Shown: piece after piece, positions 9,590-18,568 of the stretch
Layout: every line of letters begins with the position of its first letter
Numbering within the stretch: the stretch's first letter is position 1
From: Acidimicrobiia bacterium
GTDB lineage: Bacteria; Actinomycetota; Acidimicrobiia; Spongiisociales; JAENVV01
Length of the DNA: 64,000 bases
Direction: 5' to 3'
Assembly: GCA_041586155.1 (NCBI GenBank)
Contig: JBFHAT010000002.1
Span: 53,635 to 117,634 of the forward strand
Made by a program: the position numbers and the translations under genes
The notes under the pieces: generated by a model
Told to the model about the DNA's origin: nothing
The model's database searches: none
Seen by the model: only the letters and a program-made list of their open reading frames with translations

Positions 9590-10555
9590 GTGTTCGCGGT
9601 GCTCTTTCCCGGACAAGGCAGCCAGACCGTGGGCATGGGCGCCGACCTGTTCGACGCGTTCCCCGATCTGCTCGGTGGCCAAGCTGACGCCGCCCTGGGA
9701 TGGAGCCTTCGCGATGTGTGCCTCACCGGCCCCGAGGAGCGCTTGACGAGGACCGAGCACGCCCAGCCTGCGCTGTATGCCTTGTCGGCTGTCTTGTGGC
9801 GTCTGGCGGCCGCTCAACTGGAGGCGTCTGGTTTACGGCCGTCGGCGATGGCGGGGCATTCGCTCGGGGAGTACACCGCTCTGACGGCGGCGGGGGCGAT
9901 GGGATTCGAAGATGGGCTCAGGCTCGTCGCCACCCGTGGTGCGGCCATGGCTGCCGCTGCGGATCTCGAACCATCCGGTATGGCTGCGCTCATCGGAGGC
10001 GGATCCGACGACGCCGAGGCGCTGTGTGTGGCTCGACGGGGCGACGGGGGTCGGCTGTGGGTCGCCAACCGCAACGCCCCCGGCCAGGTGGTGGCGGCGG
10101 GCGGCTCAGACGACCTCGACTGGGCGGCCGCCAATGCCCGCGAATTCGGCATCCGCCGGGTGGTTCCATTGGCGGTGGCGGGGGCGTTCCACACACCGTT
10201 CATGGACTCGGCCGGGGAGCGACTTCGGTCGGCGCTGGCACACACGCCGTTCTCGGGTCCGGTTCCCCCGGTGTGGAGCAACGTGACCGCTGCGCCGGTG
10301 GACGCGACAGAGATCGAAGCGCTGCTGGCGCAGCAGGTGACGGCGCCCGTTCGGTTCGAAGAGACGCTGGTGGGCCTGCGAGCGGCCGGGATCAGGGTCT
10401 TCGTGCATGTGGGCCCCGGAGACGTCACCGCCGGCCTCGCCAGACGAACCATCTCGGACGCAGCGACGGTGACAATCAGCGAGATCACCCACATCGAGCC
10501 GGCGGTCGACGAGGTGGGCAAACTCGTTAAGATGCTGCCCGACGAGGAGGACTGA
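9590..10555 (+). CDS. fabD: Malonyl-CoA:ACP transacylase
   Basis: FPGQGSQ and GHSLGEY active-site motifs. GTG start. Confidence 0.9.
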   Translation: MFAVLFPGQGSQTVGMGADLFDAFPDLLGGQADAALGWSLRDVCLTGPEERLTRTEHAQPALYALSAVLWRLAAAQLEASGLRPSAMAGHSLGEYTALTAAGAMGFEDGLRLVATRGAAMAAAADLEPSGMAALIGGGSDDAEALCVARRGDGGRLWVANRNAPGQVVAAGGSDDLDWAAANAREFGIRRVVPLAVAGAFHTPFMDSAGERLRSALAHTPFSGPVPPVWSNVTAAPVDATEIEALLAQQVTAPVRFEETLVGLRAAGIRVFVHVGPGDVTAGLARRTISDAATVTISEITHIEPAVDEVGKLVKMLPDEED

Positions 10556-11640
10556 TGCGCAACGCCACGATCACGGGCTGGGGCAAAGCACTTCCGCCGG
10601 CAGTCTTGTCGAATGCCGATCTGGAGGCGATCGTCGACACCGACGACGATTGGATCACCACCCGCACCGGGATCAAGGAGCGCCGTATTTCACACGTGGA
10701 GACCTCGGACATGGCGGCGATCGCCTCCCGGCGCGCCCTCGCTGCGGCAGGCAAGGACGCAGCGGATGTCGACCTGATCATCCTCGCCACCTGCACCGCC
10801 GATACGGTCATTCCTGCCGCCGCTGCTCATCTCCAAGCAAAGATCGGGGCGTCCAACGCCGCGGCGTTCGATCTCAACGCCGCCTGTTCTGGATTCGTGT
10901 ACGGCCTCGTCGTGGCCGACAGCATGATCAAGGCCGGCACCAACCACACCATCCTCCTGGTAGGTGCCGAGAAGCTCCACTATGTGATGGACTTCACAGA
11001 CCGCTCGACGTGTGTGCTCTTCGGCGATGGCGCCGGCGCGGTCGTCCTCGAAGTAACCGACGCTGATTGTGGACTGCGGTCATCCGAACTGGGGATGGAT
11101 GGCACCACCGCCGACCTGCTCTGTATCCCGGGAATGGGGACCGTGGGTACGGTCGGCCCCGACGATCCGATCGAGATGGGCATCCGCATGGAGGGCAGTG
11201 AGGTCTTCCGCCGGGCGGTGACGATGATGGGAGACGCCTCGGAGCGGGTGGTCGCGGGGGCCGGCCTGGCGCTGGAGGACATCGATCTCCTCGTTCCGCA
11301 TCAGGCGAACGTCCGGATCATCGATGCGACGGCGCGAAGGGTGAAACTGGATCCCAGCAAGGTGTACGTGAACATCCACGCCTATGGCAACACCTCGGCG
11401 GCCACCATCCCCATCGCCCTCACCGAGGCTCTCGAGGACGGGCGGATCGAACCGGGCGCCAACCTCCTGTTCGCCGCATTCGGCGGCGGTCTCACCTGGG
11501 GAGCGGCAGTATTCACGTGGGGCGATCGGGTGGAGCCGATCGGGCAGAGCGATGCCGAGTTTCCTCATTCGACCGCTACCGCCATGGAGCTGCTGCAACC
11601 CAACCTGGAGTTCTTCGGGGTCGAGGCTCGATCGGAATGA
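10555..11640 (+). CDS. fabH: 3-Oxoacyl-ACP synthase III
   Basis: Active-site AACSGF, and the His/Asn region (HQANVRI...GNTSAA). 1-nt overlap (TGATG) with fabD. Confidence 0.9.
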   Translation: MRNATITGWGKALPPAVLSNADLEAIVDTDDDWITTRTGIKERRISHVETSDMAAIASRRALAAAGKDAADVDLIILATCTADTVIPAAAAHLQAKIGASNAAAFDLNAACSGFVYGLVVADSMIKAGTNHTILLVGAEKLHYVMDFTDRSTCVLFGDGAGAVVLEVTDADCGLRSSELGMDGTTADLLCIPGMGTVGTVGPDDPIEMGIRMEGSEVFRRAVTMMGDASERVVAGAGLALEDIDLLVPHQANVRIIDATARRVKLDPSKVYVNIHAYGNTSAATIPIALTEALEDGRIEPGANLLFAAFGGGLTWGAAVFTWGDRVEPIGQSDAEFPHSTATAMELLQPNLEFFGVEARSE

Positions 11641-12371
11641 GCCGCGTCGCCCTCGTGACGGGTGGCAGCCGGGGAATCGGTCGGGCCATCTCGCTTGCCC
11701 TCGCCCAATCCGGCCATGCCGTTGCGGTGAATTACGCCGCCAACGCCGCGGCCGCCGAGGAGGTGGTCGGCCTTATTGCCGCCGGCGGGGGAGAGGCGGT
11801 CGCCGTGGGCGGTGATGTGGGCAATCGCGCCGACGTCGACCGCATCTTCGCCGAAGTCGAGGCAGCGCTTGGGCCCGTCGACGTGCTCGTCAACAACGCC
11901 GGCATCACCCGCGACGGACTGCTCCTGCGAATGGGCGACGACGACTGGAATGACGTCCTGACCACCAATCTGAGCTCGGTGTATCTGTGCACGAAGACGG
12001 CGATGCGCTCCATGGTCCGCAGCAAGTGGGGTCGGATCATCTCAGTGAGCAGCGTCTCGGGCATCGCGGGGAATCCGGGCCAGTCCAACTACGCAGCCTC
12101 GAAGGCCGGGATAATCGGCTTCACGAAGTCCGTCGCCAAGGAGGTCGGCAGCCGGGGCATCACCGCCAACGTAGTGGCGCCGGGGTTCATCAGCACCGAC
12201 ATGACCGCCGCACTGGGAGATGCCGCCGAGTCCGCCGCCGTAACGAGCTCGGCCATCGGCCGCCTGGGCTGGCCCGAAGAAGTGGCGGCGGCGGTCGATT
12301 TTCTCGCATCGGACGCTGCCTCGTACATCACCGGGCAGGTGCTCGTGGTGGACGGTGGGTTGGCGCTGTAG
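11637..12371 (+). CDS. fabG: 3-Oxoacyl-ACP reductase (SDR)
   Basis: TGGSRGIGRAI Rossmann motif; NNAG; catalytic S...YAASKAG. ATGA overlap with fabH. Confidence 0.85.
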   Translation: MSRVALVTGGSRGIGRAISLALAQSGHAVAVNYAANAAAAEEVVGLIAAGGGEAVAVGGDVGNRADVDRIFAEVEAALGPVDVLVNNAGITRDGLLLRMGDDDWNDVLTTNLSSVYLCTKTAMRSMVRSKWGRIISVSSVSGIAGNPGQSNYAASKAGIIGFTKSVAKEVGSRGITANVVAPGFISTDMTAALGDAAESAAVTSSAIGRLGWPEEVAAAVDFLASDAASYITGQVLVVDGGLAL

Positions 12372-12402
12372 GTTCAGTCGCAAGAGCGAAAGGAAACGGA
12401 AC

Positions 12403-12648
12403 ATGGATCGTTCAGAGATCGAGTCTCGGCTCAACGGCCTGCTCGTATCAGAGTTGGGTCTCGACGAGTCCAAGATCAGGCCTGACGCCCGATTCGAGGA
12501 GGACCTCGAGGTCGATTCGCTGGGTGTGGTCGAGCTGCTCATGGCACTCGAGGACGAGTTCGGCGTTCAGATCCCCGACGAGGAGGCAGAGAACATCGGG
12601 ACGGTGGGTCAGGCCGTCGACCTCGTCGCCAACAAGCTGGCGGGATGA
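12403..12648 (+). CDS. acpP: Acyl carrier protein
   Basis: 81 aa with the phosphopantetheine-attachment motif LEVDSLGVVEL. AAAGGAAACGG lies upstream of the ATG. Confidence 0.9.
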   Translation: MDRSEIESRLNGLLVSELGLDESKIRPDARFEEDLEVDSLGVVELLMALEDEFGVQIPDEEAENIGTVGQAVDLVANKLAG

Positions 12649-13904
12649 TGGGCTCCGGGGCAGAGAGGCGGCGGGTCGTCGTCACGGGCCTCGGCACGAT
12701 CAACCCGCTCGGCCACACCGTAGACGACACCTGGAAGGCTGCGCTGGCCGGCACCTCGGGAGTGGATCGCATCACCGCGTTCGATCCGAGCCGCCTGGCC
12801 ACTCAGATCGCGGCGGAGGTGAAGGACTTCGATCCGGAAGACCACTTCGAGCGAAAGGATGCTCGTCGGATGGACCGGTTCACGCAGCTCTTCATGGTGG
12901 CGACCGCCCAGGCCTTGCAGGACGCCGGGATCGCCTTCGATCCCGCAGACCCCGACGCTCGCCGGGCGGGCGTGGTCATCGGAGCCGGGATCGGTGGCAT
13001 GCTGACGTTCGTGGAGGGCATCGACACGCTGCGCGAGCGGGGACCGAGCCGGATCAACCCTCTCACGATCCCCAAGCTCATCTCCAACATGGGGGCAGGC
13101 ATGGCCTCCATCGAGTTCAACCTCTACGGACCGACCAACTGCACCGTGACCGCGTGTTCTGCGTCGGCCAATGCGATCGGCGACGCCGCCGAGATCATCC
13201 GGCGGGGAGCCGCCGACGTCATGGTCGCCGGTGGTAGTGAGGCGGTCATCTGCGAGTTCGCGGTGGGGTCGTTCAACAGCTCGAAGGCCTTGTCCACCAA
13301 CAACGATGACCCGCAGGGCGCGTCTCGCCCGTTCGATCTGAACAGAGACGGGTTCGTGCTGGGCGAGGGCGCCGCCACGCTCATCCTCGAGGAGAGAGAG
13401 CGAGCGTTGGCCCGTGGTGCGGACATCCACGCCGAGCTGATCGGCTACGGAATGTCGGCGGACGCATATCACATCACGCTGCCCAGACCGGGTGGTGCGG
13501 GCGCGGCGGCCGCAATGGTGGCCGCGATGGAAGATGCGGGCATCGAGCCCGCCGAGGTGGACTACATCAACGCCCACGGGACGTCGACGTCGGCGAACGA
13601 CGCCACCGAGACCGCGGCGATCAAGCTGGCGCTGGGCGACCGTGCCGGTTCAGTGGCTATCTCATCGACGAAGTCCATGACCGGACATCTGCTCGGTGGT
13701 GCGGGGGCGATGGAGGCCGTGTTCTCGATCCTGGCGATCAATCGTTCGACGCTGCCGCCCACCATCAACTACCAGACGCCGGATCCGGAGTGTGACCTCG
13801 ACTACGTGCCGAACACCCCGCGGGAAGCGGACGTCTCCACCGTGATGAGCAACTCGTTCGGGTTCGGGGGCCACAACGTGGCGCTGGTGTTCAGGGCGGC
13901 CTAA
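12645..13904 (+). CDS. fabF: 3-Oxoacyl-ACP synthase II
   Basis: KAS I/II motifs (TACSAS; HGTST; GHLLGGAG; SNSFGFGGHN). ATGA overlap with acpP. Confidence 0.9.
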   Translation: MMGSGAERRRVVVTGLGTINPLGHTVDDTWKAALAGTSGVDRITAFDPSRLATQIAAEVKDFDPEDHFERKDARRMDRFTQLFMVATAQALQDAGIAFDPADPDARRAGVVIGAGIGGMLTFVEGIDTLRERGPSRINPLTIPKLISNMGAGMASIEFNLYGPTNCTVTACSASANAIGDAAEIIRRGAADVMVAGGSEAVICEFAVGSFNSSKALSTNNDDPQGASRPFDLNRDGFVLGEGAATLILEERERALARGADIHAELIGYGMSADAYHITLPRPGGAGAAAAMVAAMEDAGIEPAEVDYINAHGTSTSANDATETAAIKLALGDRAGSVAISSTKSMTGHLLGGAGAMEAVFSILAINRSTLPPTINYQTPDPECDLDYVPNTPREADVSTVMSNSFGFGGHNVALVFRAA

Positions 13905-14164
13905 TCGTCTTGGGGCTGCTCGCAGCCCACTTCGGGAGGAGTCGAGCCCTTCTCGGTTGCCTCCCGCCACTCGCCGATCGATCGGATGGCGAGCACCGCC
14001 ACAGTGCCGAACCCGACTGCCGTCAGACTGCCGAAGACGAGCGCGGCGGCAAGGCCCGAGCCACAGAAGCCGTCGCAACTCGAAAGCGCATAGGCAATGG
14101 CGCCACTCAAGGTCCCTCCGACGACGGCGGGACCGAACACCCAAGGATTCGGATACCTCCTCAC
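13901..14164 (-). CDS. Small membrane protein, 87 aa, two predicted TM helices
   Basis: GTG start forms a GTGA overlap with the stop of the upstream 300-aa membrane ORF. Its own stop overlaps the fabF stop on the opposite strand. The N-terminal part of track ORF 13901..14659 upstream of this GTG is Arg-rich junk. Confidence 0.45.
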   Translation of the reverse strand: MRRYPNPWVFGPAVVGGTLSGAIAYALSSCDGFCGSGLAAALVFGSLTAVGFGTVAVLAIRSIGEWREATEKGSTPPEVGCEQPQDD

Positions 14165-15063
14165 AGAGGCCGCCCGCGTTCGTCGATTCCGGCCACGCGG
14201 CGCACCTCCTCGGGAGCCATCTCGGGGAATACCGGTTTGGGGTCGACCCGGCGGGGCTCGAGCGGCGCCACAGTCAGCAACGCCGCCTCGTTCCACGCCC
14301 AGATACCCGTGGTCGCGGTGACTGCGGCGATGGCCACCGTGCCGGCCACCGAACCCGCAGCGAAGGCCGCGATCACGCCCAACGCAGGCACGATCGCGCG
14401 GGCGGCCCACAGCGCGGCGACGTAGCCACGCCCGAACGCCCACGCGGTCACCACGGCGACGATGCTCCATCCGATGCCGGCTGGGCTCGCTCCTGCGACG
14501 CCGGCCACGAATGGCACTGCAAGCAGGCCGAGCGCCAACAGGATCGAGGGGGCCGGCAGGGGAGCTGGCGGCGGGAGCCGTCTCGTCCACCGGTCCAACG
14601 GCGGCCCCACCGCCACTGCGAGCGCCAGGCCGTCGAGGGCGACCGCGGCCCACCACCAATTGGTCGCCGGGACGAGCACCAGGGAAAAGAGCCCACCACT
14701 CACCGCTGCGACGAGCGCTCGGCGCGCCCAGCGACCGTGGGTGACCACGAAACCGACCACGGCAACCGTCGCAAACAACCCCAACCCGATGGCAGCGAGA
14801 ATCCAGCGACCGGACGTCTCGGTGAGCAGCAGCACTGCGGCCGTCGCGACCAAGGCGGTCGTGATCAGGCCCACCTGCCAGAACGGTCCGGTGAGGGCAT
14901 CAGCCGCCGGGTCCTGCGGCGGGAACGAACGTGCGGGTCGCACCACCGTGCCATTATCGCGTGACTTGCCCTGGCCGCTGACGAGGCGCAACCGAACGGG
15001 CTCTCGGGCGACGACGGACCCTATGATCGGCGGCGTGGACCAGGCCTGGCCGGGTGAATACAC
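14161..15063 (-). CDS. Hypothetical polytopic membrane protein
   Basis: 300-aa ORF with multiple Ala/Leu/Trp-rich helices (NWWWAAVALDGLALAVAV...). The start is uncertain because it overlaps the 5' end of the divergent NUDIX gene. Confidence 0.45.
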   Translation of the reverse strand: MYSPGQAWSTPPIIGSVVAREPVRLRLVSGQGKSRDNGTVVRPARSFPPQDPAADALTGPFWQVGLITTALVATAAVLLLTETSGRWILAAIGLGLFATVAVVGFVVTHGRWARRALVAAVSGGLFSLVLVPATNWWWAAVALDGLALAVAVGPPLDRWTRRLPPPAPLPAPSILLALGLLAVPFVAGVAGASPAGIGWSIVAVVTAWAFGRGYVAALWAARAIVPALGVIAAFAAGSVAGTVAIAAVTATTGIWAWNEAALLTVAPLEPRRVDPKPVFPEMAPEEVRRVAGIDERGRPL

Positions 15064-15550
15064 CTTCTGCCCTCATTGTGCAGCACCGCTGGAGATGCGA
15101 CAGGTGGGTCGACGAGAACGCATGCGCTGCCCGCGCTGTGAATTCGTCCACTGGCGCAATCCGGCGGTGGGTGCTGCCGTCGTGATCATTCGCAACAAGA
15201 ACGTGCTGCTCGTCAAGCGGGGACCGGGTACCGCCCGCTCGGGCTACTGGGCCATACCGGCCGGGTTCGTAGACTATGGAGAGGACGTCCGGGCTGCCGC
15301 GGCCAGGGAGTTGCGGGAGGAAACCGGTCTGGAGGCTGAGATCGGCGACGTGTTGTGGGTCGCGTCGAACTTCCATGACCCGGCCAAGCTCACGGTGGGC
15401 GTGTGGTTCGAGGGACGTGAGACCGGTGGCGAGCTTGCCGCCGGCGACGACGCCGTCGATGTCGGGTTCTTCTCGTTCGATAGGCTGCCGGAGCTGGCGT
15501 TTGAAACCGACCGGGCTCTGTTCGGGTGGCTGCACCGCCGATTCGGCTGA
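15023..15550 (+). CDS. NUDIX hydrolase with N-terminal zinc ribbon
   Basis: CPHC...CPRC ribbon; Nudix box GFVDYGEDVRAAAARELREETGLE. ATG at 15023 inferred from the domain boundary. Confidence 0.7.
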   Translation: MIGGVDQAWPGEYTFCPHCAAPLEMRQVGRRERMRCPRCEFVHWRNPAVGAAVVIIRNKNVLLVKRGPGTARSGYWAIPAGFVDYGEDVRAAAARELREETGLEAEIGDVLWVASNFHDPAKLTVGVWFEGRETGGELAAGDDAVDVGFFSFDRLPELAFETDRALFGWLHRRFG

Positions 15551-15551
15551 A

Positions 15552-16172
15552 TCACTGCGGCGGGAACGCCTCCTGCTCCTCGGGATCGTGACGGGCTACC
15601 TCTTTCCACGGAGTGCCCCGTTCCAGCGTGAGGACCGTGGCGTGACCCGGTTTGGTATGGTGCTGATCCGCCAGCGATCCGCCGGTGAGCAGCAGGCGTG
15701 CTGCCTGCACCGGATCCTGGTGCGACACGACGACGACATCGCCGCCCGGGTGTCGATCGTCGATCGCCTCGATCGCCTTGCCGAGCCTGCGGGCGCAATC
15801 CTCGAGTGACTCACGAGCGAACGGCAGGTCCCATGGGTGGGCCAGGTATGCCTCCAATTGCCCGGGAAGCGCCTCCGGCAGGTCCTCCCAGACGATTCCT
15901 GCCCAGTCATCGGCGAGCTTCCACTCGGTCAGCTCATCGTCGACCAGGACCGGGAGTCCATGCGGCTCGGCGAGCACCCAGGCCGTCTCGAGCGCCCGTT
16001 GGAGGGGACTCGACCAGACGGCAACCACCGGTCGGCGAGCCAGGTAGCGGGCGGCCTCGGTAGCCTGCCGCCGGCCTCGGTCCGACAAGCCGAATCCGGC
16101 GAGCCGGGCGTAGACGACGTGCTCGGGGTTCTCCACCTCGCCATGTCGTATCAGATGAACGTACGAAGCCAT
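15552..16172 (-). CDS. Histidine phosphatase (phosphoglycerate mutase) family protein
   Basis: N-terminal LIRHGE catalytic motif; C-terminal SHQD. ATG at 16172 chosen at MASYVHLIRHGE. Confidence 0.7.
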   Translation of the reverse strand: MASYVHLIRHGEVENPEHVVYARLAGFGLSDRGRRQATEAARYLARRPVVAVWSSPLQRALETAWVLAEPHGLPVLVDDELTEWKLADDWAGIVWEDLPEALPGQLEAYLAHPWDLPFARESLEDCARRLGKAIEAIDDRHPGGDVVVVSHQDPVQAARLLLTGGSLADQHHTKPGHATVLTLERGTPWKEVARHDPEEQEAFPPQ

Positions 16173-16239
16173 CCGGGGGACGCTAGTCGCCCTCGCTCGG
16201 GTCCCCACCGTCGAAGGCCGGGCGGGCTACCGTCTGCGC

Positions 16240-17463
16240 ATGGTGTTCGCCGAGCCGATCATCCATGTCGACATGGACTCCTTCTTCGTCGAGTGCGAGC
16301 GGCTGCGAAACTCCGACCTGCGGGGGATCCCGGTGGCGGTGGGGGGCGGAGGCCCGCGAGGGGTGATCGCGGCCGCCTCCTATGAAGCGCGAGCCTTCGG
16401 CGTCCACTCGGCGCAGGCAACGGCTCGAGCGAGGCGATTCTGCCCGCAACTGGTGCTCGTCCCCCCCGATCACGGCTGGTATGGACGAATATCCGAGTCG
16501 GTGTTCGCCATCATGCGGAGCATCACCCCAATGGTCGAGGGACTGTCAGTCGATGAGGCGTTCTTGGACGTTGGCGGACTGTCCAGGCACCATGCAACGT
16601 CTGTCGAGATCGCCGACCTGGTACGTCGACGAGTACGAACCGAGGTGGGTATCCCCTCCTCGGCGGGCGTCGCTGCCACGAAGTTCATGGCCAAGCTCGC
16701 TTCACAACGTGCGAAACCGGATGGTCTCCTTCGCATTGCCCTCGGCGAGCAGCTCGCGTTTCTCCACGCCTTGCCCGTCCGGGCGCTATGGGGTGTCGGG
16801 GAAGCGACTCACGCCAGCCTGGAGCGCCTCGGAATCGCCACTGTCGGCGATCTGGCGGCAATCGAACCCCGAGTGCTGGCGAGACAGCTCGGTCCCAGCG
16901 CGGGGGCGCACCTCTCCGCCATCGCGCGGGGCGAGGACGCTCGACCGGTGGTGCCGCACAGCGAGGCAAAGTCGGTTTCGGTGGAGGAGACCTATGCAAC
17001 CGACCTCCACGATCCAGCGGTCATCCGGATCGAATTGCTCAAGCACGCCACCGCCTTGGCGGGACGAGCGAGAAGGGCCGGCGTGACCGGCCGGACGGTG
17101 ACGCTGAAGGTGCGCTACACCGATTTCGACACGCCCACCCGGTCGGTGACCCTTCCGTCCTCCACCGACGTGGGCCGTGACATCCACCAGGCTGCCGTGC
17201 GGCTCCTCGAGCGCATGCCGAGGCGAGGGGTGGGAGTTAGGTTGTTGGGGATTGGACTGAGTCATCTGGAGTCGGTGGATGCGCCACGCCAGCTGCTCAC
17301 GGACCGGGCTCCCAAGTGGGACGAGTTGGAAGACGCCGTGCACGGGGTCCGCGAACGGTTCGGCCAGAGCGCAGTGCGACCGGCTGCGCTGATGGAGGGC
17401 ACGCGTGCCACGGCCGATGAGTCTGGCGACTCATTTGACGACGAAAATGGGCGAAACTCGTAG
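16240..17463 (+). CDS. dinB: DNA polymerase IV (Y-family)
   Basis: IIHVDMDSFFVECE; SYEARAFGV; KFMAKLAS and Y-family palm/fingers motifs. Confidence 0.9.
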   Translation: MVFAEPIIHVDMDSFFVECERLRNSDLRGIPVAVGGGGPRGVIAAASYEARAFGVHSAQATARARRFCPQLVLVPPDHGWYGRISESVFAIMRSITPMVEGLSVDEAFLDVGGLSRHHATSVEIADLVRRRVRTEVGIPSSAGVAATKFMAKLASQRAKPDGLLRIALGEQLAFLHALPVRALWGVGEATHASLERLGIATVGDLAAIEPRVLARQLGPSAGAHLSAIARGEDARPVVPHSEAKSVSVEETYATDLHDPAVIRIELLKHATALAGRARRAGVTGRTVTLKVRYTDFDTPTRSVTLPSSTDVGRDIHQAAVRLLERMPRRGVGVRLLGIGLSHLESVDAPRQLLTDRAPKWDELEDAVHGVRERFGQSAVRPAALMEGTRATADESGDSFDDENGRNS

Positions 17464-17533
17464 CGAGTAGCCGATCGTCGGTGCGTATACTGGCGAGGTG
17501 TCGTCTGGCCGATGGCACGAACGGGAGTAGTCG

Positions 17534-17869
17534 ATGGGTTTGGACGACCGAGAGCAGAGAATCCTCGCCGAGATCGAGCGTCGGTTCTACGAGGAAGACC
17601 CCGACCTGGCCGACGCGGTTCGGAACATCACACGTCGCGTGGCGTCGCCGTGGAGGCAACGGATGCTCGGACTCGGTGTCCTGCTCTCTGCGGTCTTGGT
17701 CGCCACCTACCTTTGGAACGTGTGGACGGCACTCCTCGGGTTCGTTGCGCTGGTCGTCACCGGCTTCCTGTTCGTGCGGGAAGCCCGCAATCGATCGGGT
17801 CGCTTGATGCTGCTCGATCCATCTGCCGAGGCGGAGCCACGGCAACGGCGGTTCCGTCGGCCCGACTGA
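17534..17869 (+). CDS. DUF3040 membrane protein
   Basis: N-terminal LDDREQRILAEIERRF... followed by 2 TM helices. GGGAG RBS. A TATACT -10-like hexamer lies near 17486. Confidence 0.65.
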   Translation: MGLDDREQRILAEIERRFYEEDPDLADAVRNITRRVASPWRQRMLGLGVLLSAVLVATYLWNVWTALLGFVALVVTGFLFVREARNRSGRLMLLDPSAEAEPRQRRFRRPD

Positions 17870-17888
17870 TTACGATCGACTAAGGTGA

Positions 17889-17912
17889 CCCACCCCACGG
17901 CAGTGGGTTGGG
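17889..17912 (+). terminator. Candidate intrinsic terminator hairpin after the DUF3040 gene
   Basis: CCCACCCCAC-GGCA-GTGGGTTGGG: a 10-bp stem with one mismatch and a 4-nt loop, 20 nt past the stop. No U-tract. Confidence 0.35.
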
Positions 17913-18027
17913 AGCGACCATTCAGCTGGCACCCACGGGTGTAGGTCGCACGTGGTGAGAGCGTGTCTCTCGCTTCAGAGGTAGGACGGCCCCGCACCCC
18001 GGCCGTCAGAGGTTGGAGGACATTGCT

Positions 18028-18510
18028 TTGCATGATGGTTTCACGGCGCAACAAGCGTCAAAGCTGACCGGTTGTACACAGCACCAGTTGCGCTATTGGG
18101 ACCGAGTGGATCTCGTCAAGCCGTCCGTCCAATCGACCGGAGGTCGTCCCGGTGTTCGGCGCCTCTACAACTTTCGCGATCTCGTGGCGCTGCGAGTGGT
18201 ACGTTCGCTGCTCGACAACGGCATGAGCGTCCAGCGAGTCCGTCGGGCGTGGGACTACCTGCGCCGTAACGCCGACATGGATGACCACCTCGCCTCGGTC
18301 AAGCTCGTGACCGACGGCAAGACCATCTTTCACGTGGCATCCAGCCAAGAGCAGCTCCTCGACGCCCTACGCGAGGGGCAGCTGGCGTTCTTCGTCGCGA
18401 TCGACTCGATTGCCCGCGAGGTTCAGGAGGACGTCACCCGGTTCGAGCTCGACCGGGAACAGTTCCTCGACGTGCTGCGGAGGGTCGAAGAAGACGTCGT
18501 CAACGGCTGA
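18028..18510 (+). CDS. MerR-family transcriptional regulator
   Basis: MerR HTH (FTAQQASKLTGCTQHQLRYWDRVDLVKP...RRLYNFRDLVALRVV). TTG at 18028 is preceded by GGAGGA. The track start 18013 is also TTG. Confidence 0.7.
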   Translation: MHDGFTAQQASKLTGCTQHQLRYWDRVDLVKPSVQSTGGRPGVRRLYNFRDLVALRVVRSLLDNGMSVQRVRRAWDYLRRNADMDDHLASVKLVTDGKTIFHVASSQEQLLDALREGQLAFFVAIDSIAREVQEDVTRFELDREQFLDVLRRVEEDVVNG

Positions 18511-18568
18511 CCGTTTCCGCTCGCGCCTTCGATACGCCGGCAAGATCCCTGCCTCCACCAAGTCCCGC

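Noticed and set aside
8210-9817. 535-aa minus-strand ORF across ltaE and the fabD start
   Set aside because: Antisense to two motif-supported genes; composition typical of spurious GC-rich ORFs.
16173-16239. Looked for a LexA (TCGAAC-N4-GTTCGA) SOS box upstream of dinB
   Set aside because: Only GAACGTACGAAG is present, with no GTTC half-site, and it lies inside the histidine-phosphatase coding start. No SOS box could be supported.
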